A DNA stretch of 64,000 bases, taken from assembly GCA_041484665.1 (NCBI GenBank), contig JBGPIA010000002.1:32001-96000 (forward strand), in the 5' to 3' direction. Both the position numbers and the translations under genes were made by a program. The notes under the pieces were generated by a model, which saw nothing but the letters and a program-made list of their open reading frames with translations, searched no databases and had not been told where the DNA came from. This stretch comes from Candidatus Krumholzibacteriia bacterium (GTDB lineage: Bacteria > Krumholzibacteriota > Krumholzibacteriia > JAJRXK01). Each line of letters starts with the position of its first letter. Positions within the stretch are counted from its first letter, which is position 1. Shown here piece by piece: positions 43,149-51,828 of this stretch.

Positions 43149-44800
43149 GTGCGCAAGACGGCGGCGGCGGGCCTCGGCTCTCCGTGTGCATGATCGCGCG
43201 CAACGAGGCCGCCATCCTCGGCCAGGCGCTGGAGTCGGTGCGCTCGCTGGCCGATGAGATCGTCGTGGTGGACACCGGCAGCGAGGACGATACGGCGCAG
43301 CTTGCCCGTTCGCTGGGGGCGGTGGTGGCCCATTTCCCGTGGACCAACGACTTCAGCGCCGCGCGCAACGCCTCGCTGCAGGCGGCCACCGGCGATTGGG
43401 TGCTGATCCTGGACGCCGACGAGCTGATCCAGGAGCAGGACCACGCGCTGATCGCCGCCCTGCTGCGCGGCCCGCGTACGGCGGCCTACATGCTCGAGCA
43501 ACGCAGCTACACCGATCGCACCGATGTCCTGGATTGGATCCCCAACGACGGGCGCCATTCTGGCAGCTGCGCGTACGCGGGCTACGTGAGCATCTGGCAG
43601 GTGCGCCTGGTGCCACGCGACCTGCGCGTGCGCTACGCGGGCGCGGTGCACGAGGAGACGGACGCCAGTCTGCGTGCCGCCGGCTACGCCATCGAGCACC
43701 GTCCGATCGTCGTGCACCATTTCGGCAAGGTGCGCGAAGCGGCGGTGATGGCGCGCAAGCAGGAGCTCTACACCCGCCTGGGCGAGCAGAAGGTCCTGCA
43801 CAGCCCCCAGAGTCCGCGCGCTCTTTACGAGCTGGCGGTGCAGTACGCCGAGGTGGGGCGCCGCGACGAGGCCCAGGCGGCCCTGGAGCGCTTTCTCACG
43901 ATGGGGGCCGAGCCCTTCTTTCGGGGGCGCGCCGCCGCCATCCTCGGGCAGCTCTACCTGCAGCGCGGCGAGCCTGCCCGCGCCGTTGACGTGCTGGAGC
44001 GCGGCGTGCGCGAGCATCCCGTCCTGGTGAGCCTCTGGCATACGCTGGCCCACGCGCTGGATCAGTCGGGACAGCGCGCGCGCGCCGTGCTGGTCCTCGA
44101 GCAGGCCCTCGCCATCTTCGAGGACCACGTGACGCTGCGCGCCTACCTGGGGATGCTCTATCTGGAGTTGCGCCAGTGGGACGTCGCCCACGCCTGCTTC
44201 ACGGCCGTGCGCGAGCGCTTCCCGGCCAGCCCCGCGGCGCGCGCGGGGCTCGCGCTGCAGCCGCTGTTGCGGCGCGGGGTCGCGGGTCTGACGCTGGCCC
44301 GGCCGTGGCTGCAGGAGACATCCGCTGCGCAGCGCCAGACCATTGCGCAGATGCTGGTGCGCGCGGGCCAGACGCCGGCGGCCCTCGCCGTGCTGCTCGA
44401 CGCCTCTGCGGCGGACCGGGCGGCGCTGCTGCCGGAGCTGGAGCGCGTCGCCGGCTGCGCCGGCGATCCGTGGAGCGCGGCCGCGGCCGCCTGCGCTCGG
44501 TCGCTGCACGAAACGCTCACAGGAGCGGAACGGGCGGCGACGGCGCGCCGGTGGCTTGGCGCTTCGACGTTGGGCAGCGGTCTGGCCCTGCTCCATCCGG
44601 CGGGGGAGGTCGAGCCGGGCTTGTTGGGCCTGCGCGCGGCCGCGCTGGCGCGGCTGGGGTGCCCGGCGCTCGCGCGGGCCGGGCTGTCCGCGCTGCGCGC
44701 CCGGCCGGGCTGGGCCGATGCCGCCGACCGGATCCTGGCCACGCTGCCCAGCGGCGCACCCGCGAGCCCGGGGTCAAGCCGCGGAGCCTCCGGCCGATAA
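43145..44800 (+). CDS. GT2 glycosyltransferase with TPR repeats (putative flagellin glycosyltransferase)
   Basis: LSVCMIARNE, VDTGSED, DFSAARN, LDADE, GAVHE, then TPR-like helices. Adjacent to fliC. Confidence 0.88.
   Translation: MSAQDGGGGPRLSVCMIARNEAAILGQALESVRSLADEIVVVDTGSEDDTAQLARSLGAVVAHFPWTNDFSAARNASLQAATGDWVLILDADELIQEQDHALIAALLRGPRTAAYMLEQRSYTDRTDVLDWIPNDGRHSGSCAYAGYVSIWQVRLVPRDLRVRYAGAVHEETDASLRAAGYAIEHRPIVVHHFGKVREAAVMARKQELYTRLGEQKVLHSPQSPRALYELAVQYAEVGRRDEAQAALERFLTMGAEPFFRGRAAAILGQLYLQRGEPARAVDVLERGVREHPVLVSLWHTLAHALDQSGQRARAVLVLEQALAIFEDHVTLRAYLGMLYLELRQWDVAHACFTAVRERFPASPAARAGLALQPLLRRGVAGLTLARPWLQETSAAQRQTIAQMLVRAGQTPAALAVLLDASAADRAALLPELERVAGCAGDPWSAAAAACARSLHETLTGAERAATARRWLGASTLGSGLALLHPAGEVEPGLLGLRAAALARLGCPALARAGLSALRARPGWADAADRILATLPSGAPASPGSSRGASGR
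44774..44800 (+). promoter_or_regulatory. sigma28 promoter upstream of the flgM operon
   Basis: TCAAG-N14-GCCGATAA, same format as the fliC promoter. Confidence 0.82.
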
Positions 44801-44872
44801 CCACCACGCTGGGACGGGGCAGCCGCGCGGACACGCCGCGCGCTGATTCCCTCGCCCGGCCGAGGTGGGACG

Positions 44873-45199
44873 GTGAACTCGAAGGTGGCTCTGCTCCAGC
44901 AGGTGCTGGCCGTCGCGCGGCGCCAAGTCATGGCGTTTGCCGAGATGGACCTGGATTTGCTAGAGCGGCTTGCGCAGGAGCGAGCCGATCTGTCGCGGCG
45001 CCTGGATTGCCTGGCCGAGCTGCCGGCGGCGTCGGCCGAGGGCGCCGACGTGCCCACCGCGCGCCTGCTCCACGAGATCCACGACGTCGACCTGCAGCTC
45101 AAGGACGGGATCGACGCCCGGATCCGCGACTGCACGCGACGGCTGCAGCAGCTCACCTGGCGGGTGCAGGATCTCGCCGCGCCGGCGCTGGCGCGCTAG
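44873..45199 (+). CDS. Small helical FliT/FlgN-like protein
   Basis: GAGGT RBS. RRQVMAFAEMDLDLLERLAQERADL pattern, directly upstream of flgM. Confidence 0.55.
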   Translation: MNSKVALLQQVLAVARRQVMAFAEMDLDLLERLAQERADLSRRLDCLAELPAASAEGADVPTARLLHEIHDVDLQLKDGIDARIRDCTRRLQQLTWRVQDLAAPALAR

Positions 45200-45242
45200 A
45201 CTGGGCTGCGGCATGCGGACGCAATCTGGCATGGAGGAGAGC

Positions 45243-45680
45243 ATGGCCACCCAACCGATTCCTGGCCAGGGCCCGGTGCAACCCAGCCAGATGCGGACCT
45301 CCGCGCAGAAGGGGGACGCGGCGGCGACGCCCGCGGTTCCCGTGGATGCCCCGGCCAGGTCGCCCGAGGCAGCGCCGGGCAAAGCCGCGCCGCCGAGCAC
45401 CGACCGCGTCGAGATCTCCCCCGAGGCGCGCCGCCTGCTGGAGATCAACGATGTGCTGCGTTCCGGCCGTGGCGCTCAGGACGAGCAGCCCGAGGTCCGC
45501 GAAGAGCGCTTGCGCCAGGTGCGCCAGCGTCTGGACGCCGGCGTGTACCAGACGGGCGGCGTCCGCGAGGAGCTCGCCCACCGCCTGACTCCGGTGCTGC
45601 GCGGCATGGACGCCCTGCTGGCCGCCCACGACGAGTCACCCGACGAGGACAGCGCGTCCGCTGATCCGCCGAAGGGCTGA
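45243..45680 (+). CDS. flgM: Anti-sigma28 factor FlgM
   Basis: DRVEISPEAR, PEVREERLRQVRQRLDAGVY. GGAGGA RBS. Confidence 0.88.
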   Translation: MATQPIPGQGPVQPSQMRTSAQKGDAAATPAVPVDAPARSPEAAPGKAAPPSTDRVEISPEARRLLEINDVLRSGRGAQDEQPEVREERLRQVRQRLDAGVYQTGGVREELAHRLTPVLRGMDALLAAHDESPDEDSASADPPKG

Positions 45681-45760
45681 CACCGGCGGGGGCTCCGCCC
45701 GCCGCCGCAATCCCGCAAAAGCGCTGGACCCGCTGCCGGCCGCATGGTAAGAAACGCGCC

Positions 45761-47899
45761 ATGCCGGTTCGTCACGGCGCCAGCAGGCCGCCCTCCGGCG
45801 AGCCGGCGCCTTCCCCTCAGACCGTCCTGCTCATCTCCGGGGATCCGGCTCTTGCCGCTCTGCTCTCCACATGCGGAGTGACCGTCGAGCGCGATGTGCA
45901 CACGGCGCCGGCCGTCGTGCTGCTGGATCTCGACGGCAGCGCCGAGCCCGCGGGAGCGCGGGTGGCGCACACGCGGGCGGCGCATCCAGACGCGCTCGTG
46001 CTGGCCGTCGGTGAAGGCAACCCCGGGCGCGCCGTGGCCGAAGCGCTGCGCGCCGGTGCCAGCGACTGGATCTTCCGCCCGCTGGACCGCTGCGAGCTCG
46101 CGCGGGCGCTGGACGCCGCGCTGCTCCGCCAAAACCTGGGACGCCAGGGGCGCAACGTCCTGGAATTCCTCCAGGAGCAGGGCCGCCGCGTCGAGGAGGA
46201 GCGCCGCCGCTTGACGCGTCGAATCGCGGCCATGGGCGAGGAGCTGGAGGCGGCGCATGCGGAGCTGGCGGGGGCGCACCGCGCCCTGCGCGCGCGCGTC
46301 GCGCAGCTAGCCATGCTCTACCGGATCGGACGCGACCTGAGTCACGATCACAACTGGGACGCGGCGCTGGCGCGGCTTCTGGCGAGCCTGCGCGAGTTCC
46401 TGGTGGCGCGCGGTGCCGGCCTGTTGCTGGCCAGCTCGGGCGGCCGGCGGCTCGCCTTGCGCAGCGCCGACGCCCTCGATGGCACAGTGGTCGAGCGCGC
46501 CACCCGGCTCCTGCTGCGCAGCGGCCTGCAGCGCCACCGTGAGCCGTACCTGTATCCGCTCGAGCAGCTCGAGCGGGAGACGCCGCTGCCGTGCGTCGAC
46601 CACGCGGGACCGTGGGACGTCACGGTGCTGCCGCTGCAGCGCGGCGAGGAGGTGCTGGGCTTCCTGCTGCTGGACAAGCCGTATGCCGGCAGCGCCGCCA
46701 TCGCCGAGGATCTGCATTTCCTGATCACGATCCAGACGATTCTGACCGAGGAGGTGGCCGGCGCGCAGGCTTTCTTCGAGCTGCAGCGCCTGCAGGGATT
46801 TCAGGAGCGGACGCTGGACCAGGTCGAGAGCGGAATCATCACGCTGACGGGCGACGGCGGGATGGTCTACGCCAACCGCAAGGCGCGGGATCTGCTCGCC
46901 GGATTGCCCGAGCCCGAGGGCGTGGCGCACGCGCTGCGGGTCGGGACGGACGGCGTACCGCTGCTCACCTGGCTGCTGGCGCAGGCGGACGAAGGGAGCG
47001 CCCAAGGCGAGGGCTGGCTGGCCGGCGCGGCCGCGCAGGGGCCGATCCCGCTCGCGCTGCGCGCGTCGCGCTGGCGCGGGGAGGCGCCAGGGCAGACCTA
47101 TCACGTGGTCATCCTCGAGGATCAGCGGGCCACGCGGCGACTGGAGGCGGAGCGCAGGCGCGCCGCTCGGCAGCAGGAGCTGCTGGTGATGGCCGCCGAG
47201 TGGGCGCACGACGTGCGCACGCCGCTGACGGGGATCCTCCACAGCGCGGAGCTGCTGGCCGAGGCGAGCGGCGCCACGGGCGGGCGCGACCGTCACCTGC
47301 AGGTGATCCGTGGCGAGGTGGACCGTCTCAACGGCCTCGTCTCCAATTTCCTGGACTTCGCGCGACCGGTGCGTCTGGAGCGCCGGCCAGCGGATCTGGC
47401 GGACGTCGCGGCCGGCGCGGTGGAGCTGATGCAGGCCAAGGCCTCCCAGCGCGCGGTGACGCTCGCGTTGGCGCCGCCCGCAGGCGGCGGACTGATGGCC
47501 GAGGTGGACGTCGACCAGATCAAGCAGGTGCTTCTCAACCTCATCGACAACGCGCTCGACGCTTCGCCGCCGGGGCGCGCCGTGGTGGTCGAGGTGCGCC
47601 GCGATCCGCCATCGCCGACGCCGCTGGAGGCCGTGGTGAGCGGCCCGGGGATCGCGCTGGTGGTGGTCGACGAGGGATCCGGGGTCAGCGCCGAGCACAT
47701 CGAGCGCCTGTTCGTGCCGTTCTTCACCACCAAGACGAAGGGCAACGGGCTGGGGCTGGCCATCTCCGAGAAGATCGTGCGCGGGCACGGCGGCCACCTG
47801 CGCTACGAACGTCGTGAAGGCCGCACCTACCTCTGGGCGCTGTTGCCGGCGGCTGTGCCGGCGGGTGCCGCGACCGAGACCCTGCAAGCAAGAGGCTGA
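45761..47899 (+). CDS. Cytoplasmic sensor kinase: degenerate receiver-coiled coil-GAF-like-PAS-HisKA-HATPase
   Basis: WAHDVRTPL, NLIDNALDA, DEGSG, PFFTTK, GNGLGL. Confidence 0.88.
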   Translation: MPVRHGASRPPSGEPAPSPQTVLLISGDPALAALLSTCGVTVERDVHTAPAVVLLDLDGSAEPAGARVAHTRAAHPDALVLAVGEGNPGRAVAEALRAGASDWIFRPLDRCELARALDAALLRQNLGRQGRNVLEFLQEQGRRVEEERRRLTRRIAAMGEELEAAHAELAGAHRALRARVAQLAMLYRIGRDLSHDHNWDAALARLLASLREFLVARGAGLLLASSGGRRLALRSADALDGTVVERATRLLLRSGLQRHREPYLYPLEQLERETPLPCVDHAGPWDVTVLPLQRGEEVLGFLLLDKPYAGSAAIAEDLHFLITIQTILTEEVAGAQAFFELQRLQGFQERTLDQVESGIITLTGDGGMVYANRKARDLLAGLPEPEGVAHALRVGTDGVPLLTWLLAQADEGSAQGEGWLAGAAAQGPIPLALRASRWRGEAPGQTYHVVILEDQRATRRLEAERRRAARQQELLVMAAEWAHDVRTPLTGILHSAELLAEASGATGGRDRHLQVIRGEVDRLNGLVSNFLDFARPVRLERRPADLADVAAGAVELMQAKASQRAVTLALAPPAGGGLMAEVDVDQIKQVLLNLIDNALDASPPGRAVVVEVRRDPPSPTPLEAVVSGPGIALVVVDEGSGVSAEHIERLFVPFFTTKTKGNGLGLAISEKIVRGHGGHLRYERREGRTYLWALLPAAVPAGAATETLQARG

Positions 47900-47904
47900 A
47901 TGTC

Positions 47905-49308
47905 ATGTCCGAGAAATACACGATCCTCATCTGCGACGACGAGGCGACCATCCGCACCTCGCTGCGCGAAGCGCTCGAGGGGCAGGGCTACCAGGTGCTC
48001 GAAACGGGCGATGGCGCTGGGGCACTGGCGAGCTTGCGGGAGGCCCGGCCGGATCTGATGCTGCTGGATCTGAAGCTGCCCGACACCACGGGCGTCGAGC
48101 TGCTGCGCACATTGCGCGGCGACGGCTACGCGTCCCCCGTGATCCTGATGACCGCCTATGGGGACATGCCCACGGCCGTGGAGGCCATGCGGCTGGGCGC
48201 GTACGACTTCGTCCAGAAGCCCTACAGCTTGGCGGACATGAAGCTGAAGGTGAAGGCTGCCCTCAAAGTCCATGAGCGGCAGGAAGTTGCCCGTTCGAAA
48301 GCAGGCAGGGCCACAGCGCGCGAAGGACGCTATCTTTCGCTGCTGCGCCTCTCACCGGGCCTCGCCGAGGTCGTTGAGCGGATCGACAAGGTGGGGCGCA
48401 GCCGAGCGGGCAACGAGGTGTCGGTGCTCATCCAGGGTGAGAGCGGCTCGGGCAAGGAGCTCGTGGCGCGCGCCATCCACGAGGTGAGCCTGCCCGGCGA
48501 GCCCTTCATGGAGATCAACTGCGCCGCCGTCCCCGAGGCGCTGCTGGAAAGCGAGTTGTTCGGCCATGAGAAGGGCGCCTTCACCGACGCGCGCGCGGCC
48601 AAGGAGGGATTGTTCGAGCTGGCGGGCCAGGGGACGATCTTCCTCGACGAGATCGGTGAAATGGGGGTGACCCTGCAGAGCCGCCTGCTGCGCGTGATCG
48701 AGAACCGGCGCTTCCGCCGCGTGGGCGGCAAACAGGACCACGAGGTGCGGGCCCGCATCGTCGCGGCCACCAACCGCGAGCTCCAGCGCGCCATCGAGGA
48801 TGGCATCTTCCGCAACGACCTCTACTACCGTCTGCAGGTGATCGAGATCCACATCCCGCCCCTACGCGAGCGGGCGGCCGACATCCCGGCGCTCACGAAT
48901 ATCTTCATCGCGGCCTTCAACGAGGAGCTGGGCCTCGCGTGCAAGCCGGCCAGCGCTGCGCTGTGCGAGATCCTCCAGACCTATCCGTGGCCGGGCAACG
49001 TCCGCGAGCTGCGCAACATGATCCGGCGGATCATGATCCTGGAGGAGCCCCCTGAGATCCTGCCCGTCCACCTGCCGCGCCACGTCCAGATCGGCGAGAA
49101 CCCGCGGTCGCGAGCCGGCGGTGGCCTCGAGCGCATCGGTCGCGAGCTGCTGCCGCTGGCCGAGGTGGAACGCATCCACCTCGTGCACACGCTCGCCTCG
49201 GTGGACAACAACAAGAGCAAGGCGGCGCGCATCCTGGGCATCAGCCGCCAGACGCTCCGCGAGAAGCTGAAGGCCTACCAGGCAAGCGCCGGGGCGGACG
49301 AGGACTGA
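47905..49308 (+). CDS. sigma54-dependent response regulator (NtrC family), EBP1
   Basis: Intact receiver (CDDE, LLDL, QKP), GESGSGKE, GAFTDA, IFLDEIG, WPGNVREL, Fis-type HTH. Confidence 0.95.
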   Translation: MSEKYTILICDDEATIRTSLREALEGQGYQVLETGDGAGALASLREARPDLMLLDLKLPDTTGVELLRTLRGDGYASPVILMTAYGDMPTAVEAMRLGAYDFVQKPYSLADMKLKVKAALKVHERQEVARSKAGRATAREGRYLSLLRLSPGLAEVVERIDKVGRSRAGNEVSVLIQGESGSGKELVARAIHEVSLPGEPFMEINCAAVPEALLESELFGHEKGAFTDARAAKEGLFELAGQGTIFLDEIGEMGVTLQSRLLRVIENRRFRRVGGKQDHEVRARIVAATNRELQRAIEDGIFRNDLYYRLQVIEIHIPPLRERAADIPALTNIFIAAFNEELGLACKPASAALCEILQTYPWPGNVRELRNMIRRIMILEEPPEILPVHLPRHVQIGENPRSRAGGGLERIGRELLPLAEVERIHLVHTLASVDNNKSKAARILGISRQTLREKLKAYQASAGADED

Positions 49309-49588
49309 CCTCGCGTCTGCCAATTTTCCAGCCAAGCGCGTCGCGGGCGCGCCCCCACGGGCTCGCCGGCGATGCCCGCCCGTACCCGCGGCAAGCACCT
49401 GTCACCCCGCGGGCCTCGCTGCGGTTGCGGTCGCCCGCCCGCCCGAGGGTCTAGCGGCGAATCGGCGCTGCGCGTGCGGCTTCGCGCCCGTGCAGAGGTC
49501 GCCGGCTCGGCGGCGCGCAGCGCCCACGGCCGCTGCGCCGGCGCCGGCGCAGCCGCCGCCGTGCCGCCCGCCTCCGGAAGAACTTGCA

Positions 49589-49603
49589 TGGCATTGCTCT
49601 TGC
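49589..49603 (+). promoter_or_regulatory. sigma54 promoter of the TPR-kinase-EBP2-flgB operon
   Basis: TGGCAT-TGCTC-TTGC. Confidence 0.75.
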
Positions 49604-49622
49604 GCCAGCCGGCGTGTCCGCC

Positions 49623-50663
49623 ATGCGTACGACCCTTGGCATCGCCGTCTTCTGCGCGCTCCTGTGCGCGCATCCGTGTGCCGCGGCGCAGCCGCTCACC
49701 GTCGAGGAGTTCCATGCCTTCCAGGACGGCCTGCAGCGCTTGGGCACCCACGCGCTGCCCGGTGCCGCCCTCCTGGACAGCACGGTCGTCGTGCCCCCGC
49801 CGCTGGCGGCGCCGGCGGGTGCCCCGCTGCAGAGCATGGCACGGTCGCTGCGCGCGATCTCGGCGAACGTCGACTCCGCGCGGGTGGTGACCGACCACAA
49901 CTGGCTGGGCGCCATCGCGCTGGCCCGCAGCCTGCGCGACCTGGGCTTCCGCCAGCGCTCCCTGCAGTGGTACGAGCGCGCGCTGGACTCCGATCCCGAC
50001 GGGACGTTCACCAGCGAGGCCGTCGAGGAGATGGCTGCCGTCGTGATCGCGAGTGCCGACAGCGCGGTGCTGGTGCAGCGCATCCGTGAGTTCGCTGGGC
50101 GGCGCGACGCGGCTCTGCACGGCGATGCATTGGCGACGCTGCTGGAAGCGCTGCTGACCTGGCGGGTGGGCGACGCGACGCTTGCTCTGTGCAGTCGCCT
50201 GGAGACGGTGGCCGCGCCGGCTCCAAGCCTGCGTCTAGCCATCGCCCGCGCGCGCGAGCTGGGTGGTGACCCGGCCACAGCGCTCTCGGGTTACCGGGCG
50301 CTGCTGGGCGAGAGCGCGTTGGACACCCGCTCGTTGTGCCGCGTCCGCTGCGGGGTGGCCGACTGCGCCTTCGCGCTGCGCGATCTCGGCGAGGCACAGC
50401 GCCTCTACGGCGAGATCCAGCGTACCAACGCGGGCGACCTCAGCGCCTGGGCCACCTACCAGCTCGGGTCCATTGCCGGCCTGCAGGGACGCTACGGCGA
50501 GGCCCTCGTCCATTTCCGCAGCCTGTGCGAGCGCGGGCGTCCGACGCGCTGGCAGCAGGAAGCCTGTTGGCAGCGCGCGCGCGCCGAGGAGCTCCTGGCC
50601 ATCCGCGCGGGGGACCGGGCGCCGGCCGCTGCCGCCGCGCATTCCCCGGGAGGCGGCTCGTGA
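49623..50663 (+). CDS. Exported TPR-repeat protein
   Basis: Signal peptide MRTTLGIAVFCALL..AAAQ. TPR-like units (SLQWYERALDSDP; WATYQLGSIAGLQGRYGEALVHF). Confidence 0.7.
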   Translation: MRTTLGIAVFCALLCAHPCAAAQPLTVEEFHAFQDGLQRLGTHALPGAALLDSTVVVPPPLAAPAGAPLQSMARSLRAISANVDSARVVTDHNWLGAIALARSLRDLGFRQRSLQWYERALDSDPDGTFTSEAVEEMAAVVIASADSAVLVQRIREFAGRRDAALHGDALATLLEALLTWRVGDATLALCSRLETVAAPAPSLRLAIARARELGGDPATALSGYRALLGESALDTRSLCRVRCGVADCAFALRDLGEAQRLYGEIQRTNAGDLSAWATYQLGSIAGLQGRYGEALVHFRSLCERGRPTRWQQEACWQRARAEELLAIRAGDRAPAAAAAHSPGGGS

Positions 50664-51049
50664 GCGCCGCCTTGACACGGCTGCTGTCCGCCTACCGCGA
50701 GCAGGCGCACGCCTACGAAGCGGTGCTGGAGCTTGCGCAGGAGGGCGTGGCGGCAGTGCGCGCCGGCGCGCCGCTTTTGCTGCTGCACGAGCTCAATGTG
50801 CGCAAGCGGGGCTGCCTCGAGCACATCGAGCAGATCGAGGCGGGGATCGCCGCCGACAAGCAGGCCTGGCGCGCCGGAGCGCGCGCTGGACGGGAGGCCC
50901 TGGAGCTGGAGCGCCTGCTGGCGGAGCTGACCGATCTGATCGAGCAAATCCTCGCCTGCGAGCGCGAGACGGATCGTTGGGTCGTGCAGGGGGCCGGCGA
51001 GCTTCCAGCGGACGTGGCGAGTCTGGCCGCGGCCGCGGAGCCGGCGTGA
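50660..51049 (+). CDS. Small helical FlgN/FliT-like protein
   Basis: GTGA overlap. YEAVLELAQE..RKRGCLEHIEQIE..LIEQILACERET. Confidence 0.55.
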   Translation: MSAALTRLLSAYREQAHAYEAVLELAQEGVAAVRAGAPLLLLHELNVRKRGCLEHIEQIEAGIAADKQAWRAGARAGREALELERLLAELTDLIEQILACERETDRWVVQGAGELPADVASLAAAAEPA

Positions 51050-51063
51050 CGGCAGGAGGCGCG

Positions 51064-51828
51064 ATGGCACAAGGACTCCTGCTTCCCCTGCCGTCCGGTG
51101 CGCCGCCGGCGCCTTCGCCGGAGCTCGCCCTGGTGCTCAGCGGCGCGTTGCACAGCAGTCGCAACCTCGTCATGGCGATGCGCGGCTACGCCGAGCTGAT
51201 CCGCAAGCGCGACGACGCGGTGGACCGCCATGCCGAATGGGCGGACAAGATCATCCATCAGCTCGATCGGCTCAACGAGCTCTATACGCGCGTGTCGGCG
51301 CTGTCGGCGCCGCCCTCGGCCTGGCGTCCGGTGGCGGTGGAGCTGCTGCTGCGCGGCGCCGAGACGCAGGCGCGCCAGCGCTTCGCCGGCGGTCGGAGCG
51401 ACGTGGGAATGCGGCTGCGCGTGGCTGGCGCGGCGTGCCTCCACGGCGACGCGCAGGAGCTCACGCGCTCGCTCTCGGCGGTGCTGGAGAACGCGCTGGA
51501 AGCCTCGCCCGCGGGCGCGGCCATCGCCGTGGAGGCGGTGGCCGACGCGGCCGGCCGCCTGCATCTAGCCGTCGAGGACCAGGGCAGCGGGCTCACGCCA
51601 ACGCAGCTGGAGCGCGCCGGCCAGCCCTTCTACACGACCAAGCCCGACCGGCTGGGGCTGGGGCTGTTCCTGGCCCGCTCGATCCTGGGCCGCTACGGGC
51701 TTGGTTTGACCATCGAGAACCGCGCCGTGGGCGGCGCGCGCGTGGTCATCACCGCGGTCGCCCTTGCGACCACACCGGCCACGTTCGCGAGCGCCGGGAC
51801 CTCGGATCTTCAGGGAGGAACCCAATGA
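51064..51828 (+). CDS. Sensor-less histidine kinase-like protein with degenerate H-box
   Basis: AGGAGG RBS. ALHSSRNLV, LENALEA, EDQGSG, PFYTTK, LGLGL. Confidence 0.8.
   Translation: MAQGLLLPLPSGAPPAPSPELALVLSGALHSSRNLVMAMRGYAELIRKRDDAVDRHAEWADKIIHQLDRLNELYTRVSALSAPPSAWRPVAVELLLRGAETQARQRFAGGRSDVGMRLRVAGAACLHGDAQELTRSLSAVLENALEASPAGAAIAVEAVADAAGRLHLAVEDQGSGLTPTQLERAGQPFYTTKPDRLGLGLFLARSILGRYGLGLTIENRAVGGARVVITAVALATTPATFASAGTSDLQGGTQ

Noticed and set aside
51065..51080. TGGCAC at the kinase start as a sigma54 -24 box
   Set aside because: No TTGC at the -12 position, and it lies within the start codon region.
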